From: Azolla caroliniana
Lineage: Eukaryota > Plantae > Polypodiophyta
Assembly: GCA_043228905.1 (NCBI GenBank)
Contig: JBHGNT010000009.1
Coordinates: 18,104,001 to 18,168,000, forward strand
Reading direction: 5' to 3'
DNA length: 64,000 nucleotides
Positions 26,148-37,784 of the stretch are shown piece after piece; within the stretch, counting starts at the first letter, position 1; every line of letters starts with the position of its first letter. The notes under the pieces were generated by a model. It saw nothing but the letters and a program-made list of their open reading frames with translations. It did no database searches and had not been told where the DNA came from. The position numbers and the translations under genes were made by a program.

Positions 26148-26570
26148 TGTTGAGCGGCAAGCTCAACCGGAGCCGGATCAGCTGAATAAGCCTCAGCCGG
26201 TAAGCGAGAGGAATCAGTATGCCGATGAGCAACCGAGCCGGTAAGCAGTAAGGACCGGTAAGCAAGAGGAGCCGATATGCCGGATCCAATCCATAACCGG
26301 AAGCCTAGTATAGGTTAGACTACTAGGCAGTTATGTCTTGTAGTTTGTGTCGGATGCTCGTGTGAGCATTGAAGTACACCGTACTTCAACAATCCCGTGT
26401 GGACTTGTATAAATAGCGCTGATGAGCGCGTTGTAGATACAGAGCACAGAGTATTAATATAATCTTGGGAAATAGTGTGTTTTGCTCTCTCACTCTCTGT
26501 CTCTCCCGCGCACTCTCTCTCTCTCTGTGTGTATTGTTCTTTCTAACGCTTCCGCAAGCAATCTTTCACA
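26148..26570 (+). repeat. 3' LTR of the + strand Copia
   Basis: Follows the PPT GAGGGGGAG. TGTTGA...TTCACA termini; TATAAATA near 26408. Older Copia RT resumes after it. Confidence 0.8.
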
Positions 26571-29500
26571 CCTAGGCAGTAATGAAGCTCTTTCTAGTTC
26601 GTCATCTTGATTTTGTCGGAGAGGAGGGACTTGACCTTGTTGATGTCAATTAGAGATTCACCACCAATGACCAGATCATCTATGTAGAGCATGACGATAA
26701 TCAGGCTTCCAAAATCGTTTCTTACGTAGAGGGAACTCGATGAAGATACTGAGTGATCTTCCAGTGCCAAGCACGCGGTGCTTACTTGAGTCCGTACAAT
26801 GGCTTCTTGAGACGACATACTGCTTTTGGACGGTTGCTAGATTCGAAGCCAGGTGGTTGTACTATGTACACCTCTTCTAATTTTCCTTGAAGAAAGGCGT
26901 TCTTGATATCCATCGGGTGGAGGTGCCACCCTTTTGCGCTACAAGTGCAATCATGGTTTAAACAATCTTCATCTCTGCCACCACGACAAAGGTTTCTTCA
27001 TAGTCGACTCCATGTGTTTGTGCATATCCTTTTGCTACGAGTCGGGCTTTATAGCAATTGATAGAGCCATCAACATTATGCTTCACCTTGAATATCCCTC
27101 TATAGACGTTTGCCTTCTTGTGAGGTGAGTGGAGGACGAGATCTCATGTCTTGTTCTTAGAGAGAGTTTGCATCTCGTCGTTCATCGCCTCAATTCATTG
27201 CAGATCTTTAGTGGCTTCGGTAAAGCTCTCCAGTTCACGAACAACTACCACCTTCATCACAAAGGCATAATGGTATGCCATGTAATCATTATAGCCGAAT
27301 CGACTGACTTGGTTCTTCTCTTGGGTGGAGCGACGACATTTTTCGTTTGTTGTGGTAATAGTTTTCTTCACTCTAGTGTCCTCATGATAGGCACATCAAA
27401 AGCACCAAACTCACTGTCAAGTGAGTCACTTGATTTGTTGCCGTCAGATTGTTTGTCTTCATATTCTGGCATTTCAGTCTTCCCTTTGCCCATCTTTGGA
27501 CTCGGCGAGATGTGTGTTGACCGGTCAGAAGAGCAAGGACAAGTGGGAAGGCGGAGTCGGATCGGATAATAGGAAGTAAATAATAGTATAATTATTATTC
27601 GGAGGGACGGATCCGGTACAGTTGTACCGATCCGGATCCGGACCGATTCGGATGCCGGTTGCCTAAGCGCACCGATTGTAACCTTGCCGGATGCCTATAA
27701 AAGTATCCAATGATTTGTAAAGGCTTGACAGAAGTAATACAATTATAATTATTGCGTGTTTATCTGTATCTTCGTATTGTTTTACCGTCTAGGCTTAATT
27801 GTAATCATCTTACGCGTGTAACCTAGCATCCAATCCTTACCACCCCTTTGGAGAAGTGTCGGATAGACACTTGTGTTGAGGCTAGTCCGGCCAGGCAGAC
27901 AACAATGTGCTTTGGTCGCTTTGAGGCTCTTGTGGTCTGCTCAATCTGGTGTAGAGAGACCTCTCCTTGAGTATTGACCTTAGTCGATCATCATCTTCAG
28001 TGTCATCAAGGTCGGCTGGAAAAGGTTCAGGAGGAGTTGGCTCAAGTTCGTATCATGATGCCGATTGGTAAAAGACTAGATCTCGGCCTACGCGAACCTT
28101 CAGAGTAGAAGGGTTGAAGCATTTGTACCCCTTTTTCTATAATGAGTATCCTACGAGGACACATTTATTCAACTTGAGGTCTAGCTTTTGCCGCTTTTCG
28201 TTGGGGATGTGCACGTATGCATTAGAGCCGAATATCCTTACATGGGATATATCTTACTTCTTTCCATAGTACTTCTCATGAGGGGTGACCTTGTGCATAT
28301 CGGATGTTGTACATCGGTTCATTAGGTAGACGGCAATGCATGCTGCTTCAGCCCACTATGACTTCGAAATATGCTTCTCGTTCATCATGGTCTATGCTAC
28401 TTCGAGGATGTGCTGATTTATGCATTTGGCCTCTCTATTTATTCCGATTTAGAGCCATCAACATTATGCTTCACCTTGAATATCCCTCTACAACCGATTG
28501 CCTTCTTGTGAGGTGAGTGGAGGACGAGATCCCATGTCTCATTCTTAGAGAGAGCTTGCATCTCCTCGTGCATCACCTCACTTCATCGCGGATCCCCAGT
28601 CGTTTGAGTAGCTCCCCACACATCTGAGTGGATTATGTCCAATAGGCCTTTGATCACATTTCGTTCTTTTGGAAATGGGTGCCGATGTTGTTTCCCGAAT
28701 CGGCAATCTTCACATACATCTTCAATCTCTTCCTCTTTGAAGGTCAGGAGCCCGATGACAATACCTTTTGATTGCATCCCCTTGAGCTTTTGGAGGTTGA
28801 TGTGGCCTATTCTCTTCTGCCACAACTCTATGTCCGTGTCGGCTTTGAGGCCCTTTACAAACATGGCCGATTTTACCTCGTTTGGCTTGAGGATAAACAT
28901 TTGGCCCTCCCTTCGACCACGAGCGGTGAGTCGGCCTTCCTTCTCAATGACGCAACTACCTTGGTTGAATCGGACTTACATGCCTTGCTCAGACCAAATT
29001 CTTCGTTATGGTCGGTACGTGCAAGACGTTTTTGATGCAAGTTTGCTCGTTTTCTTTCCCAAATGGGCCATTGCCGGATGTGTAGTGTCATCTCCGGTCT
29101 CGACATAGCCGGGTTGATCCGGCCTTCGTAGGTTTAAGAACCATTCTTGATGTGACATCATATGGTTTGATGCGCTAGAGTCGACAAACCATACACCTTC
29201 CGGATTAGAGGTGTTGGTCGGGCCAGAGGCTGACATAAAATTTGCACTATGTCTCATTACGAAAAATTCACCATAATCATTGTATTCAGAGTTGGTGACA
29301 TAATTGGTGAGTTGTCAGATTGTAGAAGCCTACTCGCGCTTCCTCTTTCGGCACTCTTCTTCGTGGTGGCCAATTTAACCACAATATCCACATTTGATTG
29401 AGTTGTTTTCTCGGCTTAGTCCTACATGGAAGCCCCCCCTTCTTTCGAATGTTTCTCTTGAGTTTACACCGTCTTGCCGGTCATGGGAGTTGTTTTCATA

Positions 29501-30045
29501 AGTTGAAGCTCGTCTGCCTCGTCCTTGGCCGAATTGGCCTCTTCTTGCATGGTCGCATCCTCTTCCTCCATCCGCGTGTGTAGAGCATGTGGCCTTCTGA
29601 GGCGTTGCTCCTTGTTCGTACACGATTTTCTTCAATCGACAACATTGATTAAAGATCCAAGAAAGAGGGAGGATTCTCTCTTGCTAGGGCGGTGATTCTC
29701 ATCGTACCGAACCATGGTGTGAGATTGTCTAGGCATATTTGCACCATCTTATCATTCTCCACATTGACGCTTATTGAGTCGAGTGAATCACAAAGCTCCT
29801 TGATCTTCGAGGTGTAGTTTTTGATGGACATGCCCCTTTGTTGGATGTTGTTCAACTCTTGGTGGATTTGAAGCTTTCTTGTAATTTTGTTGGCCGCAAA
29901 AATCGTCTGTAGATTCTCCCACGCTTCCTTCAACGTCTTGGCTTCTCAAATGTAACCGGGTGGGCTTAGTATATATGCTAAATCACAGGCTCTAATACCA
30001 TGTAAATAATTAGCTAGAGTAATTATGTTATGTGAAATAGATTAG
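26571..30045 (-). mobile_element. Degraded Copia (gag, CCHC, protease, GAG-pre-integrase, RT fragments) with a degenerate Met PBS
   Basis: LYIDDL, WFVDSSAS, LWQKRIGH and AWENL motifs. PBS TGGTATTAGAGC at 30000-29989. Confidence 0.85.
27515..27904 (+). mobile_element. Solo LTR related to the Athila-like LTR family
   Basis: TGTTG...CAACA termini with TSD ATGTG (27510-27514 and 27905-27909). Shares motifs ATCTTACGCGTGTAA and CCCTTTGG.GAAGTGTC with the reverse complement of 15645-16063. The empty site is visible at ~57150. Confidence 0.88.
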
Positions 30046-30832
30046 CGATGTGTATGTTAAAGAGGAAGTGAACCTTGTCAAGGACGAAATGACGTGGGTG
30101 GTCGACTCCGAAATGTCGTTTCACTTTACCCCCGACCGGAAATGCTTCTCATCATACACAACCGGAGACCACGATCTTGTGAAAATGGGAAATGAAGGAG
30201 CATGTCAAATCATCAACATAGGAGGCGTGTGTTTGATGGTATCACCCGGGTGCAAATTGGTATTGAAAGATGTGCAACACGTTCAAGAGGTCAAATTGAA
30301 TCTCATATCGGCCGGTCGGCTAGATGATGAAGGCTACATGAGTAGCTTATGGAACAACACTCTAAAATTTTGCAAGGGAATCCTGATTGTGGCCCGAGCT
30401 CGAAAGATAAACACATTGTATTTGATACATGCTCGATTATGCCGAGAGGAAGTAAATGTGGTAGTCGACACAACCGAGGAGTTATGGCACAAGAGGCTAT
30501 GCCATATGAGTGAGAAGGGGATGCAGAAGTTTGCCGAGGGTAACCTCATTTCGGAGGTGAAGAATGTGCAACTTGATAAGTGTACCGATTGCTTGGCCAG
30601 CAAACAGAACAAAGCCTCCTTTTGATCCATGCCCCCGAAGAGGAAGAAGATGTCATTGGAACTCGCGCATACGGATGTATGTTACGTAGATACAAAGTCT
30701 CATGTTGGTTCACAATATTTCGTGACCTTCATAGACGACTGTAGCCGAAAGTTGTGGGCTTCCATATTGAAGACCAAGGACCAGGTGTTGTCGGTCTTCA
30801 AGGAGTTCCAAGCGAGAGCCGTCAGAGAGACC

Positions 30833-31936
30833 CCTGTTAGCTATAGACCAATTTGCTCATATAATGGTTTATTATTTGAACAAACGTCTAAATGGCTTCA
30901 CCACCAACTCCTCCCTATACTTCTATGTCAAAAACAATATCTTAGGGACTCCCATTCCCTTGTCCAAACCTTAGAACAACTTATAACACCACCCAATAGC
31001 TTCATTTTTTCTTTTGATGTTGAATCACTCTACCCTAGCATCCCACCAAAACTAGGACTCTTAGCCCTAAAAAATATTATTTCCCCCCACTTTTCGAACC
31101 AAAAAACTAATTTGATTTATACCCTTAGCGCCCTCACTTTAGAATACCACTTCCTAAAATTCAACAACCAAATTTATCAACAGGTAAAAGGAACAGTCAT
31201 GGGCAGTAATTTTTCCGTTGTCTACGCATGTCTCTTCCTCTCATATCTAGAAAATTCCAATCCATCACCCCACCTTTTCTATTTCACTAGGTATATTGAT
31301 GATGCCTTTGGCGTTTGGACTGGTACTAAACCCCAACTTTTCGAATACCTAAACTTCTATAGTAACGCTACTCAAAACTCTATCAAACTAACCATACATA
31401 CTTCTTACACGAAACTACCATTTTTAGACTTGTGGATTAACTTAGATAATAATAGATTCACTTTTAATTGCTTTCAAAAAACACTTAATACTTATCAATA
31501 CATCCCTTATTCCTCCAATCACCCTCTCCATGTTAAAAATAGTTTCGTTTTGAATAAATTAAAAAGATATATGGTTAGAGAAAGCACATCCCTAGGTTAT
31601 TTGAATATGCAAAAGAAATTCTTTACGAGACTTAGGGCCCGAGGTTATCCCACGCATTTTATTTTAAAGAACTTTAGAAAACACCCTTACTCCCTTAGAC
31701 ACACTTTCCTCTTCAAAGAAAAAACTAAAAAAACCACCCCACCCACTATCTTTAAACTTAAATATACTCGCCATACCCCCACACTAATTATCAATGAAAG
31801 GCTCACTAGCCTACACTCTAGCCTACAATTAGATCCCCAACTACAACATATCCCTAAACCCATTATCTGTTGGACAAAATCCAAAAACCTCCACTCTTTT
31901 CTAGTCAAAACTAAAAACATCCTAGACCCCCCATAA
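30833..31936 (+). CDS. PLE reverse transcriptase (partial, uninterrupted frame; in frame with upstream Copia integrase)
   Basis: C-terminal ~367 codons of ORF 30629-31936. Confidence 0.85.
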   Translation, partial: PVSYRPICSYNGLLFEQTSKWLHHQLLPILLCQKQYLRDSHSLVQTLEQLITPPNSFIFSFDVESLYPSIPPKLGLLALKNIISPHFSNQKTNLIYTLSALTLEYHFLKFNNQIYQQVKGTVMGSNFSVVYACLFLSYLENSNPSPHLFYFTRYIDDAFGVWTGTKPQLFEYLNFYSNATQNSIKLTIHTSYTKLPFLDLWINLDNNRFTFNCFQKTLNTYQYIPYSSNHPLHVKNSFVLNKLKRYMVRESTSLGYLNMQKKFFTRLRARGYPTHFILKNFRKHPYSLRHTFLFKEKTKKTTPPTIFKLKYTRHTPTLIINERLTSLHSSLQLDPQLQHIPKPIICWTKSKNLHSFLVKTKNILDPP

Positions 31937-32149
31937 ACATATTTTCTCACCCTTCATCTATCCCCCTTCCTCATTCCTCTCTCCTTCCCCCTTACTACTA
32001 TTTACTAGTCACACACATCTCCTTTTTCCCCTTCCCTCCTATCTATAGTCCCCTATCATTCCCTCATATTTCACTAAAATCTCTCTCTCTCTCTCTCCCT
32101 CTCTCCCTCCCTTACTACTATTTTATATCTTCACTCATTCCTTCTCTCT

Positions 32150-32470
32150 CTCTCTCCCTTTTTTCTCCCTTCTCCCTTCTCCCTTCTCCCTTCCCCCTCC
32201 CCTATACCTCTCACAACCTTTTTATACACATTACACTAAAATCCATAGTTCTCTCTCTCTCTCCCCCTTTTTTCTCCCTTCTCCCTTCCCCCTCCCCTAT
32301 ACCTCTCACTACCTTTTTATACACATTTCACTAAAATCCATAGTTCTCTCTCTCTCTCTCCCCTCCCCTATACCTCTCACTACCTTTTTATACACATTTC
32401 ACTAAAATCCATAGTTCTCTCTCTCTCTCTCCCCTCCCCTATACCTCTCACTACCTTTTTATACACTCTC
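32150..32470. repeat. About four ~70-90-bp pyrimidine-rich tandem repeats in the PLE 3' region
   Basis: Repeated unit CTCCCCTATACCTCTCAC..CCTTTTTATACAC...AAAATCCATAGTT(CT)n. Confidence 0.85.
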
Positions 32471-32871
32471 TCTCTTCCCTCGTTTCCCTCAAACCTTCTC
32501 CCCACCACCTCTTACTAACTTCCTTCTTCATTTTCCTTCCTTTCCCTTCTTATTCCCTTCCTTAATTTTCACCTTCTCACCATCTTATGTTTACTTACTT
32601 ATAATTACATACCCTATCACTCATTCATTTCCCCTTATCACCATATCCCACTCACTCACCTGTCTTATCACCCTATCAATCTTCCTATCACCAACTCATT
32701 TCCCCCTTTATCACCACCTCCCCTATCATCAAGATCTTCCACCTTAAATCCTTACAACCTTCCATCTATTTACACTCTTATTACACCCCACTCACTATGA
32801 TTATACTTTCCCTCTTTCTCCTCCCTTCCCCATTCTCAACATCCTATATAAACCACCATTTGTATTTCCAT

Positions 32872-32926
32872 GACCTTTTGCACTGATGAGCTCCAAGCGA
32901 GCGAAACTAGTTTGCTGCATAAGGTC
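32872..32926 (+). ncRNA. Type I hammerhead ribozyme
   Basis: CTGATGA at 32883-89. Stem II GCTC/GAGC, then GAAA, minimal palindromic stem III (ACTAGT) and a GUU triplet. Stem I is GCA/TGC plus GACCTT/AAGGTC. Confidence 0.85.
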
Positions 32927-32955
32927 TTTCCTTTCATTTTAATGAAAATTTCTTG

Positions 32956-33005
<50 letters not shown>

Positions 33006-33837
33006 CTCTGTGCTTAGAATCTCTTCTTTTACTATTACATTATCTACTATATCACAAAGTCGCCCGCACTCCTTGCTACAACCAAATGGTTCACAATATT
33101 TCGTGACCTTCATAGACAACGTTAGCTGAAAGTTTTGGGCTTCCATATTGAAGACCAAGGACCAGGTGTTGTCAGTCTTCAAGGAGTTCCAAGCGAGAGC
33201 CCTTAGAGAGACCGGCCGGAAATTGAAAGCGGTTCGAGCGGATAATGGAGGTGGATATCAAGGGCGGTTCGAAGAGTACTGCCGGTCGAAGAGAATTCGG
33301 CTCGAATACTTCATGCCGAAGACTCTAGAGCTTAACAAGCGAGCCGAGAGAATGAACTGAACCACAACGTGGATTATAGAAAAAGGGAGGGACTTTGTGA
33401 TGGCTATTGGGGTTATGTTTTTTGCGAAAGAGAAGAGAAAAAAAAAAATTGAGGAAATTTTTTTGACTTAAAAAGCCCTAAGTGTGTAACTCGATTAAGT
33501 GCGCACTTTTCCCTTGCGTTCAAAGTGCACACTTAACCGAATGTCTATTGTAGTAGGTCCCATAAATGACTTGGGTCCTACAATAAGAAGCTAGTGCATT
33601 GATACTAACCACTCAATGTACCCACCGACTAAAACACTCTTAAATCCTTTTTTAGCCTTTCAACATGTCACATATTGGTAAACTCTTCATTACCTTTTGA
33701 TTGTTTGCAAGTGACATCCTATGGCATAAAATGTTCAAGAGGAACTGTCACAATCAATAACATATAATCGAAATCGTAGAGAGGGTCCAAATTTTACAAA
33801 GTTTACTATGATACTATTGAGTGTAGTTGGATATCAT

Positions 33838-34115
33838 AAAATTTGACAAAGGTTCGTTATCAACATCACTATTGTTATTATTTCATCTTGAGAACGAATT
33901 GCAAGAATCATATTGCCGATGTTGAACAATATTGAGGACTTTTTTATATAGAATGCGTAGACTTTATTTCTGCGAATTAAATTTGACAAAGGTTCATTAT
34001 CAACATCACTATTGTTATTATTTCATCTTGAGAACGAATTGCAAGAATCATATTGCTGATGTTGAACAATATTGAGGACTTTTTTATATAGAATGCGTAG
34101 ACTTTATTTCTGCGA
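33838..34115. repeat. ~140-bp direct tandem duplication
   Basis: AAATTTGACAAAGGTTC...TTTCTGCGA occurs twice. Confidence 0.9.
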
Positions 34116-34320
34116 GTATGTTATAACGATGCATAATCCCTTATGGTACATAACACACATTATGCAAAACCAGCTCATTAGTGCCATTTGTAAAAAAACG
34201 CACAGTGCCAATACCCTCAATGGAAGATGCATGATTGTTTCCAAGGTATACATGGGCCATGGTTGCATGCAGTAAACTAGAAAAACACTTCTTGATAGGA
34301 GTCACATGAGATCTTTGGAG
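34116..34320 (-). mobile_element. Copia protease-region relic
   Basis: VYLGNN..IEGIGTV..LHNVCYVP. Confidence 0.7.
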
Positions 34321-36489
34321 GTTTGAGCTAGAGAGAGAGAGAGAAGCCGCCAACTTAATTCTGAAGGGGAGCCCTTGTTTAAGATGTGTGTCTCTCAGTC
34401 CCTTAAGCCGTCAGAAAGGTATGGCCTTTCATTTCGCCTTACACCGACACAAAGGACTTCAATGCCAATACGTTGGAGTTTGAGAAGTGTCAGGTGGCTT
34501 TGGTGCATGAGAGATCTTGAGCATGACTTTGGAGAATAAGATATTGTTTGACCACCTCCTTCACTTCAGGAAAGAGTATCTAGATTACCTCAAAACCTTT
34601 TGGCCATGGTTATTCGGCACAATTCAATATTCTACATGTCGAGAAAAAGGGGGCTGATTTGTGTTTTTTCTGAAAGAGCTTATGATGGGACTAATTTGAT
34701 TCACAAGAATGAATCGATCCTTCTCAAAGATCAGTATGTTGGCCTAATGAATGGTAAAAAGCCTCCAAGTTTTGAAGAAAACAAGTTCATAGAATGAAGT
34801 ATTTGTTTACATAAGAACAATAGTAATGTTGCAACCACGAAGGTGTTGTCGCCTGCGGATGAAGATGCTGCACTTCATGCTCCGGTGAGCCTCCTTAAGA
34901 ATAATATCAAGGAAGAAGATGTGGATCATTACTTTTACATTTATTTTTCTGTTTTAGTTGACACTGTCAAAAGTCATTTCCATCCATTCTTAAAGGAATC
35001 TTTTGAACGTTTGTAGTTACAAACATGTTTGGAAACCAAAAATCTTATGGAATTTTTACCAGATTAAAAAAACAGAGTGCTGTAAAGCTGGAATGTGTTG
35101 TACCAAAAATTGCACTTCAATTCTTCGGAGGCTGAGAATTTGTCTTCTTCTCAAGCTGTATGCAAGAAGAACTTACTGGTTATCCCTCACTAAGCTGAAT
35201 GACATCTGAAACCAAAGATGAGTTGCTCATGTGCTGGAATCGAGCGATGGTGTTCAGTTTATCGACATTTTTCTAAAATAAAAGCTGTTAATGTATGAGA
35301 TGGCTTTACACTTTACAACGTGAAATATTTGACATGGTTTTTTACAAGCATAAACTGCAGGACTATTCCATATGGGTTGAATGGGTGGTAAGTGGATGTG
35401 GAATCTATTGTTTGTTGGTGTGGAGTGAGGCAGTGAGGAAGTAAACTGTTTGCATTTTGGGTGTCCTTGTGCAGATCATTGAATGTGAATGATGATCTCC
35501 ATGATCTGGTGTTGGGATGGCCTATGTGCACTCGCAATCTTTGTTAGCAGTTTTCCTTTTGACTTGCTTATTATTTACTCCCACAATGCCAATGGAGGCA
35601 CAAGCCGATGGAAGAAGTGAGTGATATGTGATTTCCTTTTGCATACCATGTGCCAATCAATGCCAATATTAAGTGTTGGTTCGTTTTCCTTTGTCTGATG
35701 GCGGTGTAGTGTATTCGGGAAGTGTGGGATACTTCTGTTGGATATTCGGGAAGCCTTGGCCTCTGCTCCTTGGAGGAAGATAGAAAGGCCAAGTTAACAA
35801 CAGGTTGAGAGAGAATTCATGGAGCTTCACTGTTGCCACAATCCAAGCTCGTGAAGAGAATCAACACCAAAACCTCTCATATATTGTGTGATTCTATTAC
35901 CCTAAAGTTTGGTTCCCTACTTTTGCCCACAAACCCAAAAGTGTAGAATATGCGTGGAAAGTTAGTAATATATGCACATTCAAATTCAACCTCGAACATA
36001 TATGGGCAAAATTAGGTCCGTTATGTAAAACCCTGCACAGGTAGGAACTGGTTTTGTGTATATTGACCATAGTGAAAGTTTTATCCACGCTGCCTATCAA
36101 AGTCATACATTATCATGTATGGGTCCAGCAATGGCACATCTCAATGGTCCTACATGTTCCTACATGTTTTATGTATAGCCTCGTTCTCTACCCTTAATTG
36201 CAATTTGGCATTGGAATCATGTGATTTGTACAGAGGGACATGCATATCTCCATGCCTCCATCATTACAGATATCCTTAATTGCAATTTGGCATCGGAATC
36301 ATGTGATTTATACAGAGGACCCGGGGCATTCATATCTCCATGCCTCCATCATTACAAATTGTATGTTGTCTGTCTTCTGTTGAATGCATGTCTCCATTCC
36401 TCCATCATTACACAACGCGTAATATAAATTGATTGAAATCATCCACGGTAAATAGAAATGGACAAAACATATTACGTTATTGTTATTAT

Positions 36490-37008
36490 TGTTCAATTTT
36501 CTTAGCCTCTCCTATCTGCGAGGTGCACCAGTCTTAATTTGTCCCTGCGATTATTTGGTAGTTAGAATTAGTTAAAATGAATAAAACAAGACTCATGCAA
36601 ACTTCACTAGATTGAACATATTTCGAACAATTAGAAAGCTGAGTTCTGAGCATACCTTGCACAAACCCACAGCCAAATCAGTAATTAAAGTATCTATTCC
36701 TGTGACAAGTCATCACAGTTCCCCAACCAGCCTGCTTCAACATCTTTACCCCCTCTATGCTCTCAAATACTGAACCTATTTTGGTTCACCTACCCATATA
36801 GCTTACATTTCAGTTATAAATAGGAATCGAAATCCCACTAAATTCTTGCGTATCTAGCAAAAATTGCCAAACATTACGCCAAAATCCACCAAATCCTTTG
36901 CAAATCTAACTATATATAATTTTCAAGAAAAATGTCATAAACTTGAGCCACCATTACCTTCAAAAGAAGTCCATCGCATGATGATTCCTTGATTGCCTTA
37001 AGTACTCT
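36490..37008 (-). pseudogene. ENO: Enolase 3' pseudo-exons, copy 1
   Basis: Exon 36958-37008 reads RVLKAIKESSCDGLLLK. The next exon is [17 protein letters not shown] and the last is GQIKTGAP. GT-AG flanks; frameshifts and stops present. Confidence 0.85.
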
Positions 37009-37016
37009 CTGCCCAC

Positions 37017-37051
<35 letters not shown>

Positions 37052-37196
37052 TATAAGTAAACATTAAAAGAAGTAATATAAGAAGGGGAAATGTGAAAAA
37101 TAGAACCTGTTACAACACGGATGGAAGGTTTATAAAGTGTCATTTAGACCATTTCCGTGGTTCTGATGGAAAATCAGGAGATAACACTCTCATATC

Positions 37197-37265
37197 TGAT
37201 GGTGATGATGGTGATGATGGTGATGATGGTGATGATGGTGATGATGGTGATGATGGTGATGATGG

Positions 37266-37281
<16 letters not shown>
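37197..37281. repeat. Compound (GATGGTGAT)n/(GAT)n microsatellite
   Basis: Seen directly. Confidence 0.95.
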
Positions 37282-37300
<19 letters not shown>

Positions 37301-37749
37301 GTAGTGGTTGTGGTGGCGACGAGGAAGAAAACACAGCCACCATGCCATGGGGGAGGTAAGTTTTGTTTGTTTCTGGTGACTACAGAGATTTCTGAGGGAG
37401 AAACTGTAAAATGGTTTTCAGTGAAGAAGAGCAGAGACTACATAGATGAAAAAGAAGAAGAAGTGAGAAGTGATATATAAGAGTTATTCTGAGAGAGAAA
37501 CCAAACCCTGGAAGGAAGGAGAAGCCCTAGAGGTTTTGCTTTAATTCATTGTAGCAGGAGAAGGAAGGCGCAATGGAGTGGGTCTCAAAGGTTTCAGTTC
37601 AGAGAAGGGGATGGTGTTGGGTGTCTCAGAAACCCTAATTAATTAGGTTTATTAAAAACTGTAAATTATATAGAAGCAAATGCCCAAATGTATACAGAAA
37701 CACAATGGAGTCTCTTCTGCTCTACTCTGTTTGTGTTCTGCATACATAT

Positions 37750-37784
<35 letters not shown>

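Larger units (their letters stand above)
13499..26570 (+). mobile_element. Ty1/Copia element, 3' half (integrase C-terminus, RT, RNase H, 3' LTR), split by the Gypsy at 15645-25443
   Basis: [40 protein letters not shown] and HARTKHI motifs. RNase H QV|ADIFTK resumes after the TSD. Confidence 0.92.
30833..33086 (+). mobile_element. 5'-truncated Penelope-like retroelement (PLE) with no C-terminal GIY-YIG
   Basis: RT motifs YRPICS, FDVESLYPSIP, QVKGTVMGS, RYIDD, LPFLDL, SNHP and RGYP. Absent from the paralogous site at ~61456. Confidence 0.88.
30046..33365 (+). mobile_element. Tnt1-like Copia fragment (protease to integrase), interrupted by the Penelope-like element
   Basis: WVVDS, LWHKRLCHMS, HTDV, FIDD.SR and RADNGG motifs. 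Confidence 0.85.

Noticed and set aside
26415-26460. CTGATGAG in the Copia LTR as a second hammerhead
   Set aside because: No stem II closing onto GAAA and no compatible stems.
34380-35900. Exon-like fragments of unknown genes
   Set aside because: Coding-like composition, but no recognisable protein or consistent frame.
37093-37480. Poly-Asp and poly-Met ORFs
   Set aside because: Artefacts of the GAT microsatellite.
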